Below are positions 6,263 through 13,679 of a stretch of DNA of 16,961 nt, piece after piece. The position numbers and the translations under genes were made by a program. Each line of letters opens with the position of its first letter. Position 1 is the first letter of the stretch. The stretch spans positions 1-16,961 of the forward strand of contig CAXSDE010000057.1 in assembly GCA_964236265.1 (NCBI GenBank), read 5' to 3'. This DNA comes from an uncultured bacterium. GTDB taxonomy: Bacteria > Actinomycetota > Actinomycetes > JAVEEB01. Below the pieces are notes generated by a model. The model was given only the letters and a program-made list of their open reading frames with translations, did not search any database and was not told the DNA's origin.

Positions 6263-7507
6263 ATGTTCGGATACCGAGTGCCCGCACCGAATGAGGTCAT
6301 GCTGATCTCGGGCGGCAAGCAGGGCTCGAAGGCCGGCCGGGCGGCGATCACGGCCGGTGGGCAGTCATCGACCGAGCAGCCGTTCCGGATCGTGGTCGGG
6401 CACGGCGCGTTCGTCCTGCCCATCTTCCGCAAAGCGTCGTTCCTCACGCTCGCGATGCGCGAGTCGACGGTCACCGAGGAATGCGTGACCCAGCAGGGCA
6501 TCGCGCTCATCGTGCGCGCCGTGATCGCGTTCAAGGTGGGGTCGGACTTTGCGAGCGTCTCCGCGGCGGCGCAACGCTTCCTGTCCAACCAGAGCCAGAT
6601 GGACGAGCTGACGGGGCAGATCTTTTCCGGTCACCTGCGGTCGATCGTCGGCAGCATGACCGTCGAGGGCATCATCCGCGAGCGCCAGCGCCTCGCCGAG
6701 CAGGTCCTGCAGGCGAGCGAGACGGAGATGGCGCACCTCGGCCTGTCCGTCGACTCGCTGCAGATCCAGTCGATCGACGACAAGGGCTCCGGCTACATCC
6801 GCGCGCTGAGCCAGCCGCATGTGGCAGCGGTCAACCAGGCGGCCAACATCGCGCAGGCGGCGGCCGACCAGGCGTCGGCGCAGGCGCAGCAGGAAAGTGA
6901 CCGCAACCAGGCGGAGTACGCGCGCCAGACCGCGATCGCCCGCGCGCAATATCAGGCGGAAATCGACAAGGCGCAGCAGGTCGCCGCGCAGGCCGGGCCG
7001 CTCGCCGCCGCGCAGGCGCAACAGGCCGTGCTCGCCGAGCAGGCGCTCGTTGCGCAGCGCAACGCCGAACTGCGGGAAGCCCAACTGCAGGCGGAGGTCA
7101 TCAAGCCGGCGCAGGCCGAGGCCGAGCGCATCCGCATCAACGCGGAGGCGCTCGCGGCCGCGACCAAGTTGTCGGCAGCCGCGGCCGCCGCCGAGGGGCG
7201 CATCGCCCTCGACCAGATCATCGTCAACCAGTTGCCGCAGCTCATGGACTCGATCGCGTCCGGCTTCGCGGGCTCCAACCTGACGATCCTCAACGGCGCC
7301 GAGGGAATGACGGGCGCCGCATCCGGCATGGTGGCGCAGGCCTTCGCCGTGCTCAACGCGCTCCGCGACGGGCTGAGTGACTCGCGGATGACGGGTGCCC
7401 CGGGGCCCGCCGCGGGAACCCTCTCGGGGACCGCCCCGGGGACCGCCCCGGGGACCGCCCCGGGGACCGCCCCGGGGTCCGCTGTGGCGGTGCCGCGCAC
7501 CGAATAG
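6263..7507 (+). CDS. Flotillin-like SPFH/band-7 domain protein (FloT/YqiK-like)
   Basis: The ATG at 6263 has the RBS GGGGAAG 5 nt upstream. The ORF 6185..7507 is trimmed to MFGYRVPAPNEVMLISGGK.... The SPFH core (FRIVVGHGAFVLPIFRKASFLTLAMRESTV...ALIVRAVIAFKV) is followed by a long Ala/Gln/Glu-rich coiled-coil region typical of flotillins, and a C-terminal (GTAP)4 repeat. Confidence 0.85.
   Translation: MFGYRVPAPNEVMLISGGKQGSKAGRAAITAGGQSSTEQPFRIVVGHGAFVLPIFRKASFLTLAMRESTVTEECVTQQGIALIVRAVIAFKVGSDFASVSAAAQRFLSNQSQMDELTGQIFSGHLRSIVGSMTVEGIIRERQRLAEQVLQASETEMAHLGLSVDSLQIQSIDDKGSGYIRALSQPHVAAVNQAANIAQAAADQASAQAQQESDRNQAEYARQTAIARAQYQAEIDKAQQVAAQAGPLAAAQAQQAVLAEQALVAQRNAELREAQLQAEVIKPAQAEAERIRINAEALAAATKLSAAAAAAEGRIALDQIIVNQLPQLMDSIASGFAGSNLTILNGAEGMTGAASGMVAQAFAVLNALRDGLSDSRMTGAPGPAAGTLSGTAPGTAPGTAPGTAPGSAVAVPRTE
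7426..7473. repeat. 12-bp microsatellite (ggggaccgcccc) x4 plus a degenerate fifth unit
   Basis: Perfect tandem copies at 7426-7437, 7438-7449, 7450-7461 and 7462-7473, followed by ggggtccgctgt. The repeat is in frame at the 3' end of the flotillin gene and encodes GTAPGTAPGTAPGTAPGS. Confidence 0.8.
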
Positions 7508-7579
7508 GGTGTGGCCACTCGTTCAACTGCCGCGGGCCGCTGGGCGGATCCCCGTCGAGCCGCCGAACGAAAGGCACCC

Positions 7580-8323
7580 ATGGAGCACGCGCTGTCGGCC
7601 GAGACCGTCACCATCCCCGGCGGGGGCGGCGACCCGATCGAGGCCTACCTCGCCCGGCCGACGGGCACCGGCGCCCGCGGCGGGATCGTCGTCATCCACC
7701 ACCTACCCGGCTACGACCGCGCCACCAAGGAGATTGTGCGGCGGTTCGCCGACGCCGGCTTCGACGCGATCTGCCCCAATCTCTACTCGCGCGAGGCGCC
7801 AGGGGCAGCGCCGGACGACGCTGCGGCGTTCGTCCGCGCGAGGGGCGGGATCTCCGACACTCAACTCGTCGTGGATGTCGACGCGGCGGCGCACCATGTG
7901 CGCGCGTTGCCCGGCAACAACGGCAGGGTGGGCGTCATCGGCTATTGCTCCGGTGGGCGACAGGCAGTGCTCGCCGCCTGCTCGGTCGATCTCCAGGCAG
8001 CTGTCGACTGCTACGGCGCGTTCGTGGTCGAGCCCCACGCGGAGGGGATGCCGTCGACCCTGCAGCCGGTCGTCGACCGGCTGGCCGAGCTGCGGTGCCC
8101 ACTGTTGGGACTGTTCGGGGTGCAGGACAAGCACCCGACACCCGAGCATGTGGCCCAACTCGATGAGCTCCTCACCCAACATGGCAAGGACCACGAGTTC
8201 CATTCGTACGACGATGCAGGGCACGCGTTCTTCGCCGTTGACCGGCCTGCCTATCGTCCGCAGGCGGCTGCCGATGGGTGGGAACGCATCCTGACGTTCT
8301 TCGGCACCCACCTGACGGGCTGA
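7580..8323 (+). CDS. Dienelactone hydrolase family protein (alpha/beta hydrolase)
   Basis: The ORF 7511..8323 is trimmed to the ATG at 7580 (MEHALSAETVTIP...), which has the RBS GAAAGG 7 nt upstream. GGIVVIHHLPGYD, the nucleophile elbow GVIGYCSGG and the C-terminal DAGHAF histidine motif match the DLH family. Confidence 0.85.
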   Translation: MEHALSAETVTIPGGGGDPIEAYLARPTGTGARGGIVVIHHLPGYDRATKEIVRRFADAGFDAICPNLYSREAPGAAPDDAAAFVRARGGISDTQLVVDVDAAAHHVRALPGNNGRVGVIGYCSGGRQAVLAACSVDLQAAVDCYGAFVVEPHAEGMPSTLQPVVDRLAELRCPLLGLFGVQDKHPTPEHVAQLDELLTQHGKDHEFHSYDDAGHAFFAVDRPAYRPQAAADGWERILTFFGTHLTG

Positions 8324-8325
8324 GC

Positions 8326-8577
8326 ATGTGCACCTACGTGACGACGACGGTCGGTGTGTCCGGCAGCGCGAAGGGGCCGGCCGGCTGGTTCCGGGCGACG
8401 ACGGCCACCGTCTATTTCGATCATCCTGTGCACGCAACTCCCGAGCACACGCTCAACATCGACGTCCTCGATCCCGATCGCGGGCCACACGCGCGCGTGG
8501 CGCTCGAGCTCGACCGCGAGGCCGCCCGTGCCCTCGCCGATGCGATCCTGGCGACGCTCGCGACGACCGGGGAGTAG
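8326..8577 (+). CDS. Small conserved actinobacterial protein of the 'MCTY...' family, 83 aa (possibly DUF6295)
   Basis: The ATG at 8326 lies 2 nt after the DLH stop (TGAgcATG). The translation MCTYVTTTVGVSGSAKGPAGWFRATTATVYFDHPVHATPEHTLNIDVLDPDRGPHARVALELDREAARALADAILATLATTGE matches a small-protein family I recall as beginning MCTYxT...SGSG.G.WF. I am not sure of the DUF number. Confidence 0.6.
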   Translation: MCTYVTTTVGVSGSAKGPAGWFRATTATVYFDHPVHATPEHTLNIDVLDPDRGPHARVALELDREAARALADAILATLATTGE

Positions 8578-8606
8578 CGCCGACCGTCCGCGCGTCCGCC
8601 CGCGGG

Positions 8607-9371
8607 TCAGGACTCGGGCCGCCGGTGCACGTCGCGAGCACTGGCCTGGTCGCGCGGGAACAGGTCGATGCGAGCGACGGCCACGTGTGCCGGCCGCGTC
8701 GCCGCCCACGTGATGGCGTCGGCGACGTCGGCGGCGGTGAGCGGCGTCATCCCGGCGTACACGGCCTCGGCCCGTTCGCTGTCCCCGCCGAATCGCACCG
8801 TGCTGAACTCCGTGTCGACCATCCCCGGCGCGACCTCGCACACGCGCACCGGCTGGCCGAGCAACTCGAGGCGCAACGTATCGGTGATGACCGCGGCCGC
8901 GTGCTTCGCCGCCGTGTAACCGGCGCCGCCGGGATAGCTCTGGTGCCCGGCGACGGATGTCACGACGACGATGCGGCCGTCGCCCGACGCGACCAGCGCG
9001 GGCAGGAACGCCTTGACGGTGCGGGCCAAGCCGAGGACGTTCGCCTCCCACATCCACCGCCAGTCCTCTTCCTCGTACGACGAGACGGGCTGCAACCCCA
9101 GCGCCCCGCCGGCGTTGACCACGAGGACGGTGCACGACGGCGCCCCCGCCGCGAAGGCGGTGACGGACTCCGGATCGGTGACATCGAGCGGCACGGCGCG
9201 CACCTCGCCGCCGTGGGCGCGGATGCCCTCGGCGACAGCCTCGAGGCGGTCCACGCGCCGCGCCCCGAGAAGAACGTCGAAACCGGCGGTGGCCAGCGAG
9301 TCGGCCGTGGCGGCGCCGATGCCGCTGCTCGCACCCGTCACGACGGCCCATTGCCTCGCCTGCGTTCTCAC
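8607..9371 (-). CDS. Short-chain dehydrogenase/reductase (classical SDR)
   Basis: The ORF 8607..9533 is trimmed to the GTG at 9371-9369, which has the RBS GGGGAGGG 5 nt upstream. This gives MRTQARQWAVVTGASSGIGAATA.... The cofactor motif TGASSGIG, the NAGG motif, the catalytic S...YTAAK triad and the PG motif (EVAPGMVDTEF) are all present. An alternative in-frame ATG at 9416, inside the duplicated copy, would add the 15 junk residues MGRRDGCEQRCRGGH. Confidence 0.85.
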   Translation of the reverse strand: MRTQARQWAVVTGASSGIGAATADSLATAGFDVLLGARRVDRLEAVAEGIRAHGGEVRAVPLDVTDPESVTAFAAGAPSCTVLVVNAGGALGLQPVSSYEEEDWRWMWEANVLGLARTVKAFLPALVASGDGRIVVVTSVAGHQSYPGGAGYTAAKHAAAVITDTLRLELLGQPVRVCEVAPGMVDTEFSTVRFGGDSERAEAVYAGMTPLTAADVADAITWAATRPAHVAVARIDLFPRDQASARDVHRRPES

Positions 9372-9445
9372 GTGCCCTCCCCGACACCGCTGCTCGCACC
9401 CGTCACGACGGCCCATTGCCTCGCCTGCGTTCTCACGTGCCCTCC
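9316..9445. repeat. Tandem 65-bp direct duplication (2 copies, 2 mismatches) that spans the RBS, start codon and first 18 codons of the SDR gene
   Basis: Copy 1 (9316-9380) is ccgatgccgctgctcgcacccgtcacgacggcccattgcctcgcctgcgttctcacgtgccctcc. Copy 2 (9381-9445) is ccgacaccgctgctcgcacccgtcacgacggcccattgcctcgcctgcgttctcacgtgccctcc. On the minus strand copy 2 re-creates the RBS (GGGAGGG) and GTG (9436) and encodes VRTQARQWAVVTGASSGVGEGT* (22 codons). Its TGA (9370-9368) overlaps the real GTG (9371-9369) as GTGA. Confidence 0.85.
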
Positions 9446-9461
9446 CAATTGCTCGACGGGC

Positions 9462-9472
9462 CGTACTGTACG
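9462..9472. promoter_or_regulatory. Perfect 11-bp palindrome CGTACTGTACG in the divergent intergenic region, a candidate operator
   Basis: cgtac-t-gtacg is its own reverse complement, embedded in the imperfect longer repeat ggccgtactgtacgtcggcc. It lies between the SDR gene on the minus strand and the 746-aa membrane protein gene on the plus strand (intergenic 9446-9571). Confidence 0.3.
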
Positions 9473-9571
9473 TCGGCCTCCTGCGCCCCCTGCCGGTGTT
9501 CCTGCGTGTCGTCGCGCGGGAGCTGCGACCCACTGCGAAGCTGAGCCTCTTGCGGGAGGAGGGGATGAGCC

Positions 9572-11812
9572 ATGCCGAAGGTCTCGCTCGATCAGGGCAT
9601 CGACCTGTTGATCCACGGCGTGTCGGGGACGCAGCCGTCGGCGATGCTCGATCTGGCCGACGTGGTGCTGGTGGCCGGCAACCGGCTGTCGGGTTTCTAC
9701 CGACGCAACCCGTTGCTCGTCACGGTCCCCAACGCCGCGTCGGCCCGGCCCACCGAGGCGTTCTCCTGGGGCGGGTTCACATCCGGGGCGGCGTCGCGGG
9801 CGCTGTGGTTGCTGCTCCTGCCGTTCGGCCTCGTGAACGCGGCAAGTTGGATGCACCCGGCGACGAGCCCGCGCGAGGCTCCGTGGCGGGATAGGGGAGT
9901 GCGGGCCTACCAAGGCATCCTGCGGGTCTTCGCGCTGAGTCTGACCGTCATGTTCTTCGTGGCGGCGGCGGGGCTCGTCGTCGATATGCTCGCGTGGAAG
10001 TCACCGAAGGCCGCCGACGACCTCACCCGCCCGCTCGCGATCGGCGTCGCCGGTATGACGGCTCTGTTGGGCCTTACCTGGTTGCTGTCGCGGCGGATGT
10101 GGGAGCGGTATGACGCGACGCCCGAGATCACCGGGCCGGGCACCAGCGCGCCGACCACTCCCTTGATGACGGCGACCTTCTGGAGCACCAAACAGACAGT
10201 CCGCCGGCTGCGCCTGGCACACGTGATGACGGCGTCGGCGACCATCGTCGCCGCGGCCACCGGCCCATTGTCGATCGCCGGGCTCCTGCGCCCGGCGTCG
10301 ACGATCTGCAGCGTCGTCGCGTTGGCGCTGCTCGTCATGGGAGTGGTCCTTGTCGTGCGGTCGGACCTCGGGCAAGAACTCGACGGTGTCGTCGTACGGT
10401 CGCGGCTGACGACGTGGGTCGCACGACTGTCGTACGCGTTTGCGGTCGGGGTCGTGGTCTGGCTCCTGTGCGCACCCGGCGTCGGCCGGGGCGCGGACGT
10501 TGCGATGCCGGCCTACCACCGCGTGCTGACCGGCGCGATCGCCGTCCAGGCCGTGCTGTTGCTGGCGTTGCTCCTCGTCACGGTGCGGCTGGTGGCCGGG
10601 GCGCAGGACAGGCAGGACACGGGGCCGTCGGCCTTGCGTGGCTTCATGGGTCCCGCGTTCGCCGGGGTGGCGTGGATCGCCGGGGGACTGTTCGCCACGG
10701 GAACGACGATCGGCGCTCCGTTTCTCGCCCGGGTGCTGCCGGGCTGGGTGCATGCGCCCGGCTTTGTGCGCTCGCTCGGCGAGCGGGCACAGCAGCCCGA
10801 CGTGACCTTTCTCTGGGAGTCGTTGAACGCGCTGATTCTCCTGTCCCTGCTGGGGGTTGCGGGCGCCGTGGTGGTCCGGCGGCGGCAGAGGGCGCATGCT
10901 GCGGCGATCGCCGCCAGCGTGCGGGCCGACTACAGCGGCGACATGCCCGCGTCCTGGCTGAAGGTCATCGTCAAGGCGCGTGCCACCGCCGGACTGACGG
11001 ACGTCGCGCCTGTGCTCGTCGCGGTCCTCGCCGTCGCAGGAATGCTGTCGATGGGGGTGGGGCTCATCCTCAGCGCGCTGCGCAAGCAGCCGCCGCACGT
11101 GCTGGCGGTGGTCAGCGCGTTGCTCGTCGGACTGGCGACGGTGCTGCTGGTGCTCGGTGGCTACTTCGCGTTCAAGCGCGGTGGCATCCGCCGCGTCGTC
11201 GGCATCGTGTGGGACCTCGCGACGTTCTGGCCGCGCGCGGTGCACCCGTTCTCGCCGCCGTGTTACGCCGAGCGGGCGGTGCCGCAACTCCTCGAGCGCA
11301 TCCGTGCGTCGACGGCGGCCGGCGGCAACGTCCTGTTGTCCGCGCACAGCCAGGGGACTGTCATCGCCGCGGCGGTCGTGCTCCGGCTGACGCCGACCGA
11401 ACGGCGCCGCGTGGCCCTCCTGACCTACGGCTCGCCGTTGCGCCGGCTGTATGCCCGCATGTTCCCCGCCTACTTCGGTCCGACGGCGCTGGCCGCCCTC
11501 GCGGATGAGTTGCGCAGCGGGGTGGACGTGCGGTGGCGCAATCTGTGGCGAGCCACCGACCCCATCGGTGGTCCCATTGCGGGTCCCGCCGCCGATGACG
11601 GCGCTCCGCTCCTCCCGGTCGCGCCGGCGCTGGCCGGCATCGACGTACGACTCGCCAAGGACCCCGCGCTGCTGCAGGTGCCCGGCGACATCGACGCACC
11701 GGCTCCGGATCGGCACTCGGACTACGGCCGCAACGACGGTTTCGCCGCGGTCGTTGCTCACCTGGGCGCAATGTTCCCGACGCCGGCGCCGCCGGGCGGA
11801 CCCGTCGCGTAG
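9572..11812 (+). CDS. Large polytopic membrane protein (~11 TM) with a C-terminal serine-hydrolase (lipase-like alpha/beta) domain
   Basis: The ATG at 9572 has the RBS GGGAGGAGGGG 7 nt upstream. The protein is 746 aa. About 11 hydrophobic helices span residues ~75-545, for example ALWLLLLPFGLVNAASW, GILRVFALSLTVMFFVAAAGLVV and LTGAIAVQAVLLLALLLVTV. The C-terminal ~230 aa carry a nucleophile elbow LLSAHSQGTVIAAAVV (G-H-S-x-G), LLTYGSPL, a candidate acid in WRATDPIGGPI and a candidate histidine in PDRHSDYG. The N-terminus has DLLIHGVSGT, which resembles an HG oxyanion-hole motif. I recognise no specific family. Confidence 0.8.
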   Translation: MPKVSLDQGIDLLIHGVSGTQPSAMLDLADVVLVAGNRLSGFYRRNPLLVTVPNAASARPTEAFSWGGFTSGAASRALWLLLLPFGLVNAASWMHPATSPREAPWRDRGVRAYQGILRVFALSLTVMFFVAAAGLVVDMLAWKSPKAADDLTRPLAIGVAGMTALLGLTWLLSRRMWERYDATPEITGPGTSAPTTPLMTATFWSTKQTVRRLRLAHVMTASATIVAAATGPLSIAGLLRPASTICSVVALALLVMGVVLVVRSDLGQELDGVVVRSRLTTWVARLSYAFAVGVVVWLLCAPGVGRGADVAMPAYHRVLTGAIAVQAVLLLALLLVTVRLVAGAQDRQDTGPSALRGFMGPAFAGVAWIAGGLFATGTTIGAPFLARVLPGWVHAPGFVRSLGERAQQPDVTFLWESLNALILLSLLGVAGAVVVRRRQRAHAAAIAASVRADYSGDMPASWLKVIVKARATAGLTDVAPVLVAVLAVAGMLSMGVGLILSALRKQPPHVLAVVSALLVGLATVLLVLGGYFAFKRGGIRRVVGIVWDLATFWPRAVHPFSPPCYAERAVPQLLERIRASTAAGGNVLLSAHSQGTVIAAAVVLRLTPTERRRVALLTYGSPLRRLYARMFPAYFGPTALAALADELRSGVDVRWRNLWRATDPIGGPIAGPAADDGAPLLPVAPALAGIDVRLAKDPALLQVPGDIDAPAPDRHSDYGRNDGFAAVVAHLGAMFPTPAPPGGPVA

Positions 11813-11879
11813 CCGACGCCGCCGCGACCGGCCGCGACCGACCAACACGTGCTGAACTCCCGCTTCCAACAGCCGCCGG

Positions 11880-13676
11880 TCAATCGGCCGGGCGGGTGTA
11901 GTGCCCGCGGCGGTTGGTGATGGGCATCCGCCGGTCACGACCGAACGCGACCGGCGTCACTTTCGGCCCGACGGGTCCCTGCCGCCGCTTGAACTCGGCG
12001 CGGTCCGTCATTGTCAGCACCCGCACGACGGTGACTTCGGCAACCTCGGTCGCCATGCCATCGGCGACGAGCCGGGCGATGATGGCCGCCGCTGAGGCCT
12101 GTGTCTCCAGGTAGGCCTCGAGAATGAGGTCCAGCACCTCGTACGGCGGCAGGCTGCTGCTGTCGACCTGGTCCGGCGCGAGCTCGGCGGACGGCGGCTT
12201 GGTGATCGTGTCGCGGGGGATCGGCGGGATCTCGCCGCGCTCGACCGCCGCGGTGTTACGCCAATCGCACAACCGGTAGGCGAGAGTCTTGTAGACGTCC
12301 CGCAACGGGGACCAGGAGCCGGCCATGTCCCCGCACAGCGTGGAATAGCCGACGCTCAACTCGCTCTTGTTGCCCGTGTTGACGAGCATCGCGCCCGTCG
12401 CGTTGGACAGCGTCATCAGGTGGAGCATGCGGGCCCGCGCCTGGATGTTTTCCTTCGCCACCGCAGTGCCCGGGCCGGCCAGCCGATCGCCGAGGAGGGC
12501 GAGCTCCGCCTCGTACGTGTCGAGGATCGAAATCACGTCGAACCGGATGCCGAGGTTGTCCGCCAGCGCGCGGGCGTCGTCGACGGATCCGGCAGAGCTG
12601 TAGGGACCGGGCATGCCGATGCCCCACACGCGATCGGCGCCCAATGCGTCGACGGCGAGCACGGCCGCGAGAGCGGAGTCGAGCCCGCCGGACAGCCCGA
12701 GCAGCACGGCACGGAAACCGTTGTTGTTCACGTAATCGCGCAGTCCGAGGACCAGCGCGCCGTACACCTCGGCCTCTCCCGTCGGCAAGGTGACCGGCGG
12801 CGCGACGGCCAACGGCGGCCGACCGAGCGCGCCGAACCGGTCAACGACGAGGTCGTCGGCGCGCGCCTCGTGCGGGTGCGGGTAGACGGGCACGTCGACC
12901 ATGAAGACGCCGGCCTCGAACAATGGGGCCTGGAAGAAGACATTTCCTTCGGAAGTGACCACGAGGCTGCCGCCGTCGAACACGATCTCGTCCTGCGCCC
13001 CGACCGCGTTGACATACACGACGGTCATGCCGGTGCGCCGCGCCGTGCGCGCCAGGAGCTCCACCCGTTCGGCCGGCTTGCCTTGGGAGTAAGGGGAAGC
13101 GTTCGCGACGAGCAGCACGGTGGCACCGTCCGCGGCCGCCGCATCGGCCACCTCCGGGCTCCAGAGGTCCTCGCAGATCGCGAAGCCGACCCGCACGTCG
13201 CCGAGGAGCATCGTCGCACCGGGAAGGCTCGGCCGCACATAGCGGGCATCGTCGAAGACGCCGTACTCGGGTAGGTAGGTCTTCGCCGTCGCGGAGATCA
13301 CGGCCCCGTTGGTCACGTGCAGCAACGCATTGTGTACGTCGCGATCCCGGCCGTCGAGGTGACTGCTCGGGCTGCGGGTGGCTCCGCCGGCGGCCGGGAG
13401 CGCCTTGTCACGCATCGGCGCGCCGAGCAGCACGACGATGCCGGCTGGGACGTCGCGGACGAAGGCGTCGACCGCCCGCTCCACGTCGTCGAGGAAGGCG
13501 CCGTCACCAAGCAGGTCCTCGACCGGATAGCCGGACACCGCCATCTCCGGTGTCAGGAGCACGTCGGCCCCCGCGGTGAGCGCTGTCGCGAGCGCGTCGC
13601 GGACGAGCCCGAGATTGCGGTCGAGCGCTCCGGCTATCGGGTTGAGCTGCGCGAGAGCGATGCGAAGCGGCGTCAT
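11880..13676 (-). CDS. nadE: Glutamine-dependent NAD+ synthetase (N-terminal CN-hydrolase/glutaminase domain plus C-terminal NAD synthetase domain)
   Basis: The protein is 598 aa and starts MTPLRIALAQLNPIAGALDRNLGLV. The nitrilase-family glutaminase part is LLTPEMAVSGYPVEDL...VGFAICEDLW, where the Cys of ICEDLW is the nucleophile. The C-terminal NAD synthetase part carries the PP-loop LLGLSGGLDSALAA and then MLVNTGNKSELSVGYSTLCGDMAG. Its ATG at 13676 lies 3 nt after the upstream gene's stop. Confidence 0.9.
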   Translation of the reverse strand: MTPLRIALAQLNPIAGALDRNLGLVRDALATALTAGADVLLTPEMAVSGYPVEDLLGDGAFLDDVERAVDAFVRDVPAGIVVLLGAPMRDKALPAAGGATRSPSSHLDGRDRDVHNALLHVTNGAVISATAKTYLPEYGVFDDARYVRPSLPGATMLLGDVRVGFAICEDLWSPEVADAAAADGATVLLVANASPYSQGKPAERVELLARTARRTGMTVVYVNAVGAQDEIVFDGGSLVVTSEGNVFFQAPLFEAGVFMVDVPVYPHPHEARADDLVVDRFGALGRPPLAVAPPVTLPTGEAEVYGALVLGLRDYVNNNGFRAVLLGLSGGLDSALAAVLAVDALGADRVWGIGMPGPYSSAGSVDDARALADNLGIRFDVISILDTYEAELALLGDRLAGPGTAVAKENIQARARMLHLMTLSNATGAMLVNTGNKSELSVGYSTLCGDMAGSWSPLRDVYKTLAYRLCDWRNTAAVERGEIPPIPRDTITKPPSAELAPDQVDSSSLPPYEVLDLILEAYLETQASAAAIIARLVADGMATEVAEVTVVRVLTMTDRAEFKRRQGPVGPKVTPVAFGRDRRMPITNRRGHYTRPAD

Positions 13677-13679
13677 GAC

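Noticed and set aside
6365-7084. 239-aa minus ORF and other ORFs of 60 aa or more inside the flotillin region (6481..6900, 6819..7283, 6952..7614)
   Set aside because: They are antisense or off-frame shadows of the flotillin coiled-coil region, with Arg/Leu/Ala/Ser-rich low-complexity translations.
8251-9399. 382-aa minus ORF and 8328..9611 / 8971..9894 plus ORFs overlapping the SDR gene
   Set aside because: These are Arg-rich alternative frames of the SDR locus. The SDR frame (8607..9371) has all the family motifs.
10001-11938. 645-aa minus ORF, antisense to the membrane hydrolase gene
   Set aside because: Its composition is extremely Arg/Asp/Gly-rich and it has no domain features. The plus-strand protein has coherent TM helices and a hydrolase domain.
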